Shown here piece after piece: positions 11,645-25,500 of a DNA stretch of 64,000 bases (positions are counted from its first letter, which is position 1; every line of letters begins with the position of its first letter). A program made the translations under genes and the position numbers. Below the pieces are notes generated by a model. The model ran no database searches and was not told where the DNA came from. It was given only the letters and a program-made list of their open reading frames with translations. The stretch covers positions 9,610,001 through 9,674,000 of the forward strand of contig NC_081397.1 in the NCBI RefSeq assembly GCF_030684315.1. The letters run 5' to 3'. The DNA comes from Stegostoma tigrinum (taxonomy: Eukaryota).

Positions 11645-12400
11645 TTGTTCAAAACAGGAGAGGGGTTTGACAGTTAATAGGAGGGCCGTGGGAAGTGTTC
11701 CCCAACAAAGACGCCAAGGTGTTTGTGTGCATAGTTCATTGAAAGTGGAGTCGCAAGTAGATAAGGTGGTGAAGCAAGTGTTTGCCTTCATTGGTCAGTG
11801 CATTGAGAATAGGAGTTGAGATGTCATGTTGTGGCTGTACAGGAAATGTTTTGGGTCCACTTTTACTGCTTAAAGTTCTGGCCAAACTGCTGTCGGAAGG
11901 AAGTTGTTGAACTGGAGAGGGCGCAGCAAATATTTACAGAGATGTTAGCTGGACCAGATGGTGTGAACTGTTTGGAGAGGGTGAACAGGCTCGGGCTTTC
12001 TCCCCTGCAGCGTCAGAGACCGAGGGGTGACCTTGTAGAGGTTTATAAAGTCATGAGGGGCATGGATAGGGTGAATAGCCATGGTCTCTTTTTCTCGGGT
12101 GGTGGAGCCGAAACCTTAAGGGCATAGGTTTACAGTGAGAGGGTCAATGTTAAAAGAGACCTGAGGGAGATTTCGTTAGTGCAGAGTGTGGGGCATGTCT
12201 GGAACAAGCTGACAGAGGTACGCCTTGTGGAGGGTACAATGATAAGTTTTAAACACCATTGGACGGGTAGATGAACAGGTCGACATGAGAGGGATATGTG
12301 CAAAATGCTGGCAAATGGGACGAGGTCAGATTGGGATGTTAATCTATTGCAGACCAGTTGGATGAAAGGGTCTGTTCCCATTCTGTTTCACTCATGGACG
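11645..12400 (+). mobile_element. CR1 LINE 3' fragment
   Basis: LERAQQIFTEML...RGDLVEVYKVMRGMDRVN matches the CR1 ORF2 C-terminus. Confidence 0.85.
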
Positions 12401-15168
12401 CTGTGATGCTCGAACTGATTCTGTACATAAATACAGATACTGCAAGGACAGGTCAGACTCTGGGTATCCTGCAGTGAGTGTCTGGTCTCCTGCTTCCCCA
12501 AATCCTGTCCAACATCTCATGTGATCAAGTCAGGAATGTGATTGTTTAGCCCCACTTACCCGGATGAGTGCAGCTCCACAAACACACCAGAAGCAAGATA
12601 CCATCCAGGAGAGAAACACTTGATTGGCTGCACATCCGCAAACGTCCATTCCCTCAGACACCAATACTCAAGCAGCAATGTGTACCTTCCAGAAGATGCA
12701 CAGCTGGAATTCACCAATGCTCCATAGACAGTGCCTTCCAAGCCCACGACCACTTCCATCTAGATACCACTGTGACACAGGGTGCCATCCAATACTTATG
12801 TGTTGCTTCAGTGAGAATGTCCCATTTCTTTCATTTCTCTGTATGTTCTTTCAACATTGAATTAATATTTATGGGACGAAGGTCAAGGTGAATTAATACT
12901 ACAGTTAACGGCTCACTTGGATCAGATATTGTCATTGAACAGTGGAGCAAATTGAATGGGCCAAATTTTCAATCCACTTCTTTGATTCCCTGCAGGAGTG
13001 AAACTCCAGACCGAGGACAAAGACTCGGGGCAGGCGGAATTCAGGCCCGTGGCAGTATTTCGTCAACCAGTCACCAGATCATGCGGGGAGAGGGCCACAG
13101 CCACCCCTCTTGAAGATGCAGTTACATCATTAATTTTTAGCTCAGATTGGAAAGCGATTGATGACTCTGATTCTCACAGTGGAATACAGTATTATACATT
13201 TTGTTGCAGTGATTCAATGCAACGGGATCACTGTGCCTTTCCCCTTATTCTATACAACGAATCCTTTGAAACTCTTAATTGAAGATGGGCCCTCTATTAG
13301 CCAGGCCAAGAGTCGCCACAATCTCATAATGTTTAACAGACAATGTAATCACCAGGCCATGGGATCTTTCCATGCATCTATTAATTCGCTTTTCAAAGTT
13401 ACTGGCTGTACACCTTCAGTCATGCCCCAGAATCGCTTACCTATCAGGCTAGCTTGAATTCTGCTGTCAATTGTATTAATTTTGTGTCTCTATTAAATTC
13501 TGTTACTCCTCTTATTTTCCCACTGTCTGAATTATAATAAAACAGACAGTTGACTCCTACTAGGAGGCCAGGCAGCATCAGAGTATCAGGAAAGTTGATG
13601 CTTCTGAAGAAGAGTCCTGACCCACAACTTAAACTTTCCTGCACCTCTGATGCTGCCTGGCCTGCTGTGTTCCTCCAGCTCCACATTGTGTTATCTCCAA
13701 CTGCAGCATTGGCAGGGCTTACTATTGCTGAGTTGATTCTTACGACTTGCTGTGAGATTCATGATATTAATTGTATTCTAAAGTGAGTTTTATTTAAAGC
13801 ATTATGCTTACCCTACTCTTAGCTCTGTTGGAGCTAATGAATTGTGAGCCATTTGCTTCTTATTGGATGCACCAGGCATTCCTTTAGTGACATAGGAAAC
13901 CTTCTGGTGACTAATTAACTTTCATACCCATGTTTGAATCTTCTCCCCTAATGCTTATATATAGATTTAGAATTACATTGAAATCCATCTGAAGGATCTT
14001 TAACTGGAACCAATTTCTTAATCGCGTGAATATTGCTGCAAGATGGAGTTATCTGCTGTTTTCATGATGAGCTAGGCCAGCTGTCTTTGGGATGATTGAC
14101 ACCCCTCGTCCTAACTAACTATATTCATCTAATGGGACAACATCCTTTCATTAAAGGGACTGAAGTCAATTGCTTATCAATTTTAATGAACTTGTTTGAT
14201 TCTGTAGATTTTTTTATGAGCCATAATCCCATGAGTTCAACTGTTTGTTTCTTGCAGAATTTACTGTCCCCTTCAATCTTTGTTGCAAACCTTCAAACTG
14301 TCTCCAACAAATCTTGCAGCTGTTGTTTGTGCAATGCTCCCTTTTGCCTCGGAATAACCTCTTCTCCAAAGTACCATTGTGGCTTTTTTCATTCGTTCTG
14401 TTTAACCACGTGTCAGTCATAGGCAGCAGGGCTAGAGGAACAGCTTAGCTGCCAGCCATTCGGTGTCTCTTCGACTTGGGCAGCCCGAACATTGCTCATT
14501 CAATTCTGAGATAGCTGGAGGCAGGGAGTTATTAACATGACCTGGGGAAGAGTTCTATTATTGCTCCACAAAGGGCCGACGCCTCAGGTTGAAGCATTCT
14601 CTGCCCTTTTCCCCACAGCCCCAGTTGCTTTCTTCACAGTGGGAGAGAAGGGAGTTAGGGAATGACCCATTGATGTTTGTTGTTGGGAATTATTGGGAAA
14701 AGCAGTCCATGCCATTGGTGGCCCTGCCCCAAATGCTGCTTGTTTGGCTACTGTTTCACACTGTTTATCGTCATTGTGCAAAGAATAGTGGAAACACAGG
14801 CAAGATGGTGGAAATATAAGAATCCTGTAAAGGACGCAGATTGGAGTCAACAGATTATATGTCTCGAGCAAAAACATTTGAAATAGTGTCTGTTGTGCTT
14901 CTTTACAACAGTTAGTGTGTTGGGATCTGGTAACACAAACTGTCAATATTACAGCATCCTCAGGTAGCACCTTTAGATGCAGCTGTGCAATTGTTCAGTT
15001 TCTGGACCTCGCTGAGTTAGACCTGTGTTTGAATTGATGGCTTCAAAGAAAAGGCCGAAGTCTCACGATTTGTGTGATAGTCCAATAGGCTTATTTTAAA
15101 ATCTGTTTGAGATTGTCAAACCTGGCTGATGCTGATTTACAGAATGTTTCTCTTCTGTTTTCATCCAG

Positions 15169-15250
15169 GCAAATACATGAAGGACCAAGACAGTGTATCA
15201 TTTCCTTGGTGCAAAGCCAAGTGTGAGCAGCTGCTTCTCACAAACAGCAG
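15169..15250 (+). CDS. Candidate exon 2, unit C (82 nt; KYMKDQDSVSFPWCKAKCEQLLLTNS)
   Basis: ttttcatccag acceptor and CAG|gtatgt donor; only the phase-1 frame is open. Confidence 0.5.
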
Positions 15251-16699
15251 GTATGTTACCGCTGTCAGAATGCATCATTTCCACAGGCAAAGAGCAGTTT
15301 GAGTCAGAGACACGGTGATCTCAATTTCCAGAGAAATGCATTCAAGCCAACAGTCAAATACAAGCAACAAAATACAAGTAGTTTGTTTTCTCTCTTCCCA
15401 ATGCACCCCTCCTCGGTTGCTATAATTTTCTTCATTCATAGCCTACTGATATTTACAACATTTTTGAAAAGTCACAGACTGAATCTTCATCTGAGACGGA
15501 CACCGAGGAACTGCACTAAATCTGCATTTAGTAAGCATGTTTTTCAAGTTACTGTCAAGGTGAAGAAATAGTTCATGCAGTTACATAGTTACTTCGCACA
15601 GTGTGAGTACAGATATGGAAGAAAACATTCACGTTATCAGTAACTGAGCAGGACGGTGTCTATGTTTTGACAAATTGATGTCCCATGCATAGAGAGAAGA
15701 ATTAAATAATGTGACTTCCAAATGTGTGACATAAAATGGTTACTGAGAGCACATAACATAAACTGCACATGCGCGCGCGCACACACGCACCGACTTACTG
15801 AGTGATTTACAATGTATTCCAAATACATACATGCACCGTTCCAACACACATTCCTCAACATCTAATAGCCATGAAGACCATGTACACTTCAAGCCTCAGC
15901 ACATGTAACACTAAAAATGATTTCTACTCTCAGATTTCAGGTCAGAGAGCTAGCCTTCTATGAAAGAGACAAACAGAACAAAAAGTGAGCTCAGTTCTCC
16001 AATCTCCATGCACTCCCTGTAGGATTTAACTACATGGTAATGGCCATGGTCATAAATTAAGTATCAATTGTTTGCGACATCATCAAAAAAAATTGTGTGA
16101 ATTTTTTGACATACTGAATTCCCATGAAGTAGTCCAAGTAGTAGATTGAACAAGAGATTCATTGTACCTCCAAATATCGAACGGTGTCTTAGACTGAGAG
16201 AGGTAACTAAAGTTTTTTTTTCCTTTTGTACAAACTGGAGGAATTGCATATCAGGACAAGTGACAGATTGAAACCTACATTGCCATTGAATTTGTTTACC
16301 CCACAAACTGAATAGCAGAACCCACTGCCGAATATAAAGTTTTAAATCTACCTGAAGGAAATTAAATATTGACCTGAAAACAGGCAGAAAATAACATATG
16401 TTCAAGCAGATACCAAGTTTTTTGACTTACAATTAAGAATGATTCGTACAGTGAACTTGCAACAAAAATGTGCACATTAAACTCAACACATTCAAACCAG
16501 AGACTGACCAATATTAGAATAAAACTTAAACTGTACCATAGAATGAATATTGTGGAACATACTCAAACTTCAGCCGCACTGCTAGAGTTAGCGAATGGTA
16601 TAAACACTGACGGTTTCACTTACAGCACCTTACATAGCTGCAGATAAAATCTTATTCATGTTAATGAGCAGATATTTGAACATCAAAGAAAACCTGCAG

Positions 16700-18850
16700 A
16701 TGTTGAAAGAGCAATATTCAGCTGAAACTGACAGTCACAGATCGATAACTTCACTTGCACATTTACACAGCAGAAACTTGACAGGGAGAGAATGATAAAT
16801 GCATTTACAAATCAGATAGCGACAGGTATAGCTTAATAATTAGTTTCTCAGATTTACAGGGCAGGATCTGACTGGCAGAAATGAGAGAAAATACTGTCTC
16901 AGCCAGAGAGAAGAAAGTGACAATCACATATCATTGAGGCAGAGAGTAGTAGTAGAAGGGAGTTTCTCAAAATGGAGACCTGTGACCGGTCGTGTTCCAC
17001 AGGGATCTGTGCTGGGACCACTGTTGTTTGTGATATACATAAATGATCTGGAGGAAGGTGTAGGTGGTCTGTGCAGCAAGTTTGCAGATGACATTAAGAT
17101 TGGTGGAGTAGCAGATAGTGAAGGGGACTGTCAGAGATGACAGCAGAATATAAATAGACTGGAGAGTTGGGCAGATGGAGTTCAATCCGTGCAAATGCGA
17201 GGTGATGCATTTTGGAAGATTTAATTCAAGGGTGTACTATACAGTAAATGGAAGAGTCCTAGGGAAAATTGATGAACAGAGAGATCTGGGTGTTTAAGTC
17301 CTTTGTTCCCTGAAGGTGGCAACGCAGGTCAATAGTGTGGTCAAGAAGGCATATGGCATGCTTTCCTTCATCGGACGGGGTATTGAGTACAAGAGTTGGC
17401 AGGTCATGTTACAGTTGTATCAGACATTAGTTCGGCCACATTTAGAATACTGTGTACAGTTCTGGTCGCCACATCACCAACAGGATGTGGACTGTTTGGA
17501 GAGGGTGCAGGGGAGGTTTACCAGGATGTTGCCTGGTATGGAGGGTGCTGGCTATGAAGAGAGGTTGAGTAGATGAGGATTATTTTCATTAGAAAGACGG
17601 AGAGTGAGGCGGGGATCTGAATGAGGTCTACAAAATCATGAGGGATATAGACAGGGTGGATAGCAAGAAGCTTTTTCCCAGTGTGGGGGACTCAATTACT
17701 ATGGGTCCTGAGTTCAAAGTGAGAGGATGAAAGGTAAAGGGAGATATGTGTGGAAAGTTCTTTATACAGAGGGTGACGGGTGCCTCGAATGCGTTGCCAG
17801 TGGAGGTAGTAGATGCAGACACATTAGCATTTTTTGAGATCTATTTGGACAGGTATCTGGATGGGCAGGGAGCAAAGGGACACAGACCCTTAGAAAATAG
17901 ATGACAGGTTAGACAGAGGATCTCGATCGGCACAGGCTTGGAGGGCGGAAGGGTATTTTTCTGTGCTGTAATTTTCTTTGTTCTCTTTATTCTTTGTATA
18001 TCGATAACTACACTCTTGTCTTCACGTATCAGAAAACGACAGGGACAATGACAATTATGCACACATTCAGAATGCAAAATAACTGACAGGTACAGATTGA
18101 TAAATATATGCACACATTATGAAAATGTAGAGATTGTGATCTATATTTGCACATTCACAGAAATTTGACATTTTTTTTGCAATGCACTTCCACATTCATG
18201 ACGCAGGAATGGATGGGTATTGATTGACAACTAAACTCACATATGACACAGCAGAAACTGAGAGGGACAGTTTGATAATTACAATCACATCTTCACGAGC
18301 AGCTACTGACAAATACAGATCAATAGCTACACCCAGTTCTTCACAAAACCAAAGTTAACAGGTACAGATTAATAACTAAATTCCTGTCTTGATGATACAG
18401 AAACTGCTAGGTACAGGTTTATAAAAATGCTCACACATTCCCCAAGCAGAAACTGACAGGAATATATTGAAAACAAAACCTCAGTTTCTGCTCCATGAAT
18501 GTATCAGGGATAGACTGACAATTACACAAACACATTTGAATATTCTGATTTCAGATACTGACAGGGACAGATTGACAACTTCATTCATTGACACACACAC
18601 ACACACACCCCTGAAACTGACGGGCAAACTATGATAAATGTATTCACACCTCTACAACTTTCTGAAGAAGGGCCCAGGCCCGAAACATCAGCTTTCCTGT
18701 TCCTCTGATGCTGCTTAGCATGCTGTGTTCATCCAGCTCTGTGCCTTGTTATAACAGATTTATAACTACACTGTCAGATACACACGGGAGAAACTGAAAG
18801 TTACAGATTGGTAAATATGCTCATGCTGGCATGCAGCAAAAACTGACACA
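16700..18850 (+). repeat. Degenerate 49-bp tandem repeat array (interrupted by CR1 and a Penelope repeat)
   Basis: Repeated CAGAAACTGACAGGTACAGATTGATAACTACACTCACATATTCA-like units. Confidence 0.75.
16934..17990 (+). mobile_element. 5'-truncated CR1 LINE with partial RT
   Basis: [24 protein letters not shown] and RPHLEYCVQFWSP, interrupted by stops and frameshifts. Confidence 0.92.
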
Positions 18851-18860
18851 AAAAAAAAAC

Positions 18861-20627
18861 AGCTCCTGTAAACCGTCATCAGATGGGTTTGAAAACATTT
18901 AACTGATCAATTCAACATCTAGCTAATAAGCATTCAGATATTTAGATTATCACCAGGAATTCTAACAGAACTGTGGGCCTGATTGCACTCTTGCCCTGAG
19001 CTGCACTACATTTGATCAATTTTAAAAACTTCAACTCTAATTGAGTGATGCACAGAAAGTAACCAACACCCGTACAGCTCCATGACTAGAACTACCTAAT
19101 GCAAGCTTGTCTGTGCATATGTGTTTAGTTACTGATCCATGCATGTCAGTTGCTACCTGTTGAATGTGTGAGTGTAGTTATCAATGTGTCCCTCTAAATC
19201 TTTGGCAAATTACTTCTGTATTACACAGCAGAGACTGACAGGGAAACATTGGTCTAGACCAATCAATCATTGTAAAAATGGTACAGAACAGAAGGAGGTC
19301 ATTTGGTGCATCATGTCCATGCTGACCCAAACACCCCCAGATGGGCATCACAATCACACCTTCCTGCACACATCCCATAGCCCTGCAGGTTTCATTCTAT
19401 TATCCTTCAGAACTTGGTCCATATGTGACAGACCATCAAAAGAGGAGAGCCAAATTATTTTGTGAAGAATTTGGAAACTAAAATTTAACACTGAGGACCA
19501 TTGGGTGAGTACCCAGGTTTTAGATAATGAGATTTTTTTTTGAAAAGAACCGTTGTTATGGAACAAGATGGACAGCCACACTCCATTGATCCTTCAATCT
19601 TCCTGCATTCGAAAACTGAGCATTTTAAATGTTTCATGTGAAGTGGAGAGCCAGTTACGATTTAAATTATTATTTTTTTAAATAAATGTCCATGATTATA
19701 AAATCTTCTAGCGTACAACAGAACAAAAAAATTCTAGTTCCACAAGATGAAGAATTTGAGAACAATCCTGCGATAAAGGTGGAGATGGTAGTTCCCCTGC
19801 CACCGTGATACATTTATGGAAATTGAATGCTGGCTGAATGGATGTAATTATTGGCTTGTTGTTTCTATCATTGCTGGCTTGGAGAGACAGGACTGTTTGC
19901 TGTGCTGTTGTTGTCTATGACTAGATATGTGTGAGTGATAATCATTTTGTATAGATCATGTATCTGTTGCTGGAGTTTAAATGGAACTCCATAGCTGTTA
20001 GTCCTTGGATCACATCTTTAGTTATGATGTCTGTATTTTGAACTAGTTCTGAGTCAGTCAGTACCTGTACCTGTCAGTCCATCCACGTGGAAACAAAGCA
20101 AGTAATATTACAGGTCCCGTCACACTTCCTCAGAACAGAGGTTCAACTTCAGAACATTCATTTCCATACTCATATGCTGATAGACTTGCTGAGATTTTGC
20201 AGCAATTTCTACTTTTGTTGCTGATTTCCAGCATCTGCAGTTCCTTGGTTTTTCTCATTTGTCAGGCATGTGTGTTTGAAGTTGTCATGATTTGATAAAT
20301 GTATGCACACATTATAAAAATGTAGAGATTGAGATGAATGAAATGACATGAATGGATCAGTAACTAAACTCATATGCACAGACAAGCTTGCATTAGGTAG
20401 TTCCAGTCATGGAGCTGTACGGGGGTTGGTTACTTTCTGTGCATCACTCAGAGTTGAATTTTTCAAAATTGATCAAATGTAGTGCAGCTCAGGGCAAGAG
20501 TGCAATCAGGCCCACAGTTCTGTTAGAATTCCTGGTGATAATTTAAATATCTGAATGTTTATTAGTGAAATGTTGAATTGATCAGTTAAATGTTTTCAAA
20601 CCCATCTGATGACGGTTTACAGGAGCT
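18861..20627. repeat. Long inverted repeat, ~285-bp arms (18861-19148 and 20344-20627), ~1.2-kb spacer
   Basis: AGCTCCTGTAAACCGTCATCAGATGGG...GTTACTGATCCAT is the near-perfect reverse complement of ATGGATCAGTAAC...CCCATCTGATGACGGTTTACAGGAGCT. Confidence 0.93.
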
Positions 20628-20649
20628 ATCTGTTTTTTCCTTCCTGCAG

Positions 20650-20731
20650 ACAAACGCTTGAAGGAACAAGGCAATGTATCATTTCTTCAGTACAAAGCCA
20701 ATTGTGACCAGCTCGTCCTAACAAACAGCAG
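20650..20731 (+). CDS. Candidate exon 2, unit D (82 nt; KRLKEQGNVSFLQYKANCDQLVLTNS)
   Basis: ttccttcctgcag acceptor, CAG|gtatgt donor, open phase-1 frame. Confidence 0.5.
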
Positions 20732-21149
20732 GTATGTTCCCACTGTCACAGCAGAGAACGTCCTTTCCACAGTCACAGAGCAGATTGAGTCAGACACCAT
20801 TGAACTTTAATTTCCAGTCAGACACGTTCAAACCGACAATAAAACAACACGGAGGAATGCCACTTTATTTTGCTTCTCTCTCCATTCAAAATACCCAGTT
20901 CAAACAGATTTCACCTAACATAACCCATTGACATTTACACCATTTTTGAAGATGGGTAGACTGAATCCTTATCCAAAGTATACCCTCAGGACTTGAAGAA
21001 AATCTGCATAGAATTATTCTGATATCAACTCCACATAATGAATCACGCTTCCACGGATAATATTTTTGGCTGCCTGAAACCTAATCCACTTTAAGGAGTA
21101 GAAAGTGACCAGTACGCATGGATACCTAACCTCACACATTCGTATTGTA

Positions 21150-21820
21150 GGGTCAGACGAAAAAAATAGTATTTGACCATATTGATACTTCAGAAACTGC
21201 AAGTAAAAGGTTGATTAAAAATGTTCACATAGTCACATAATAGAAACTATCATGCATATATTCATTGATGTACTCGCTTTCACAGAGACTGAAACTGGCA
21301 GGAATATATTGATGATAACACTCCCAATTTCACAGAGCATCAAGTGACAGCTACAAACTTAAAACTGCAATCACAAATCCACAGAGAGACATGCACGGAT
21401 TGCTGACTGTACTCAAATATTCAGAGTAGGTTCTCACAGGTACATCTTGGTAACTGGACGCTCAAATTGACAGAGAAGCAAATGATAGGTGCATGTTGCT
21501 TTCATGCACATATCCAAATGGACGAACTTGACAGGAACAGATTGATAACAACCTTGGACATAGCAAGAACTGCAGATGCTGGAATCAGCCTTCCCAGTTA
21601 CACACAGCATAAACTGACTGACATGTACAGTTTGATAATTACTCTCATTCACAGAGCGGAATCTGAAACGTCCTTATTGATAACTGTACTCACATGGCCA
21701 CCAAGCGGAAACTGACAGAGTTTGATCACAGTGACAGTTAAATTGCGGAAATTGACAGATACATGTTGATAATTACTTTCACGCTTGCCTTGCAGGAAAT
21801 GTCAGGGTCAGTTCATTAAA
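21150..21820 (+). repeat. Degenerate 49-bp tandem repeat array
   Basis: Same unit as the other arrays, downstream of exon 2 D. Confidence 0.7.
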
Positions 21821-21824
21821 TACG

Positions 21825-22555
21825 ATGCTGTTGACTTGCTCACTGAGCTTGTAAGTTTGTTCACAGACATTTCATCACCATACGACATAACATCATCAGT
21901 GCACCGTGAATGAAACGTTGGTATTCTGTCCTTCTTGCTATTTATGTGCCTCACTTTGCTGGGGTGGTGAGCATTACTTCCAGATTGGTTTCTTAGTGGT
22001 TGGTGTGTGGTGTCCAGCTGGACATGTTTGTTAATGGAGTTCTAGTTTGAACTCTCGTGCATGTCTTTGTTTGGGATGTCCTCTGATGGCTACGTTGTCC
22101 CAGTCAAACAGGTGTCCCTCTTTATCCATGTGCATTAAGGTGAGTGATAGTTGGCCATGACTTTTGGCAGCGAGTTGATGTCCATGAATCCTGATGGCGG
22201 GTTTCCTACCGGTTTGCCTTGGGTAAGGTTTGTGGCAGTATTTGCATGGTATCTTGTAAATCGCATTGGTTCTGCTAATTGTGAATGTTGGATCCTTCAT
22301 TCTCAACAGCGGCTGTCACTTCGTGGGCTATCATGATTCTTACGTGGTAGTGTAACCTGGTGGTTATTTCACACCCTCAGTGCATAGTCTGATGACTACT
22401 ATCACTGGATGTGTTGTGTCTTCCTGTTGTCATCAGTTGTGTGGCATCTGCGAACAATGCATTTTGGGTAACTGTCATTTCTAAAGACACTATCAGTGTT
22501 CTTCCTTGGCTTTATGAAACTCCGGGATGCTGCAGTGTGTTGTGGCTCACTTGAA
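21825..22555 (-). mobile_element. Penelope-like element 3' part (GIY-YIG remnant and hammerhead motif)
   Basis: NAIYKIPCKYCHKPYPRQTGRKPAIRIHGH is a GIY-YIG motif. Downstream: GCA-CTGATGA-TGTTAT..GTGAT-GAAAT-GTC-TGT at ~21863-21902. Confidence 0.8.
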
Positions 22556-25500
22556 CAGGGAAAGCTAGCTCATTGGATTCAAAATTGGCTTGATGGTACA
22601 AAGCAGAGGGTGACAGTTGAAGATTCTTTCTCGGACTGGAGGCCTGTGACTTGTGGTGTGCCACAGGGATTGGTGCTGGGACCTTTGTTATTTGTTATTG
22701 ACATAAATGATCTGGATGTGAATGTGCAAAGCATGATTCGTAAGTTTACAGATGATGCAATGTTAGGCAGTATCGTTCATAGTGGGGAAGGTTATCGAAA
22801 ATTACAGAGGGATCTTAATCAGACGGGGAAGTGGGCTAAGGATGGGAAAATGCAATTCAATGGAGATAAGTGTGAGGTGTTGTACTTTGGAATGTCAAAC
22901 TACAGTAAGCCTTTTACAGCAAATGGTAACGTCCTGAGTAGTGATGTGGTACAGAGGGTCCAAGGAGTACAGGTACGTCGTATGTTTAAAGCAGTGTCAC
23001 AGGTGGATAGGGTGCTGAAGAAGGAATTCAGCATGCTGGCCTTCATTGATCGAGGCATTTTGAATAGACATGGAGTATTGTGTACAGTTTTGGTCACCCT
23101 GTTGTAAAAAAGACCGAGTTCAACTAGAAAGCGTTCAAAGAAAATTTATGCAGGACTAGTGGTCCTGAGTTATGGTGAGATGTTGGCCAGGGTAGGACTT
23201 TATTTCTTGGACCGTAGGAGAATGAAGTGTGACCTTATTCAGATGTATAAAATCATGAGCACCATAGGTCGGATAAATGCATATCGTGTTTGTTTTTTTT
23301 CCCCCACAGATGGGGAATTGAAAACTAGAGGGCACAGGTTTCAGGTGAGAGGGGGCAAGAATTTAAGAAGGACCTGAGGGGTGCCAACTTCACAGAGAGA
23401 GTGGAGCACATGTGGAATCAGCTGCCAGAGAAAGTTGTTGAGGCAGGCACAATATCAACACTTAAAAAAAAATGAACATGTACATGGATAGGAAGGATGT
23501 AGAGGGATATAATGTGGGCAGTTGGATCTAGCTGAGTGGGCACCACAGTCATCATGAACCAGTTTGGGTGCAAGGGCCTGTGTCCGTACTGTATTACTAT
23601 ATGACCATAAGACATAGGAGCCGAAATCAGGCTATTTGGCCCATCAAGTCTGCTCCGCCATTCAATCATGACTGAGACGTTCCTTTAGCCAATTCTCCTG
23701 CCTTCTCCCCATAACCTTGATCCCCTTGATAATCAAAAACCTATCTATCTCACCCTTAAATGTACACAATAACCCGGCCTCCACAGCCTTCTGTGGCAGT
23801 GAATTCCATTGATTCAGCACTCTCTGGCTGAAGAAGTTTCTCCTTATCTCTGTTCTAAAATGTCTTCCCTTTACTTGAAGGCTGTGCCCTTGGGTCCTAG
23901 TCTCTCCTACCAATGGAAGGATCTTCCCAACATCCACTCTGTCCAGGCATTCAGTAGTCTAAGTTTTGATTATCATCCTTCTAAACTCCAAAGAGTACAG
24001 TCCCAGAATCCTCAACATTGCTCATATGTTCAGCTTTTCATTCCTGGGACCATTCCCGTGAACCTCCTCTGAACCTGCTCCAGGGGCAGGACATCCTTCC
24101 TGAGATATGGGGCCCAAAACTGCACATGCTACTTCAAATGTGGCCTGACTCGAGTCTTCCAAAGCCTCATAAGCACATCCTTTTTTTTTTAAACGTCTTC
24201 AAGACCATAAGTCATAGGAGTGGAAGTAAGGCCATTCGGCCCATCAAGCCCATTCCACCATTTAAATCAAGGCTGGGCATTTCAACTCCACTTCCCTGCA
24301 CTCTCCCTGTAGCCCTTGATTCCTTGTGAGATCAAGAATTTGTCAATCTCTGCCTTGAAGTCCTGGCAAAATAAATGCCAGTATTGCAGTTGCCTTCCTG
24401 ACTACTGACTCAAACTGTGAGTTTACCGTGAGAGATTCCTGGAGTTGAACTCCCAAGTCTCTTTGTACGCAAGACTTCTGAATTTTCTGCCCATTTAGAA
24501 AAGAGTCTATGCTTTTATTCTGGAGGGAGGATGGTAACTTCTTCAGGTCAGGCATCCCTGGAAGACGCTTTGCAGTGAAGTTAAAATTGTATCAGAGATA
24601 ATGGTGACTGCAGATGCTGGAGAATCTGGACAAACCTCAGGGGATCTCTACACCACTGCAACTCTAGATTCCCCTCCACCTACCTCCTCCTCTATCCATC
24701 TTTGATCCACCTCCCAGTCTGTCCCTATTTATTTCAGAGCCCTCTTCCCCCTCCCACATTTCTGATCAAGGGTCTCGGCCCGAAACGTCAGCTTTTGTGC
24801 TCCTGAGATGCTGTTTGGCCTGCTGTGTTCATCCAGCTCCACACTTTTTTTTTAATCTCGGATTCTCCAGCATCTGCAGTTATCATTATCTCTCATGCTT
24901 TTATTCTCCTTACCCAAGTGCATGACCTCACACTTTCCCACATTGTACTCCATCTACCACTTCTTTGCCCACTCACCTAACCTGTCCATTTCATAGTGCA
25001 GCCTCAGCACCTCAATACTACCTGTCACTCTACCTATTGTTGTATCATCTGCAAATGTAGTCAGAATGCAAACAGTTCCTTCATCCAGATCATTAATGTA
25101 TAAAGCATGCCTTTTATCCCCACTCTCTGCTTTCTGCCAGGCAGCCAATCTTCTATCCATGCTCGCACCATGGGCCCTTATGTTACTCAACAGCCTCCTG
25201 TGCGGCAGCTTGCCAAGGGGCTTTTCGAAGCCCAGGTAGATAACATCCATTGGCTCTCCTTGGTCTACCCTGCTTGTTACTTCCTTAAAGGATTTAAGCA
25301 GATTTGCCAGGCATGACTTCCCCTTGATGAAACCGTGCCCGGAGTGTTGGAGGCTGTGTTTATAAAATTTAGTGGTGTGGAAAGGGTGCATAATCAAGAT
25401 CTTTTCCCCAGGATAGAAGAATGCAAAATGAGAGGGCATGGGTTTAAGTGACTGGGAAAGTCTTAAAATGAACCAAAGGTGTGCAATATTTGCACACAGA

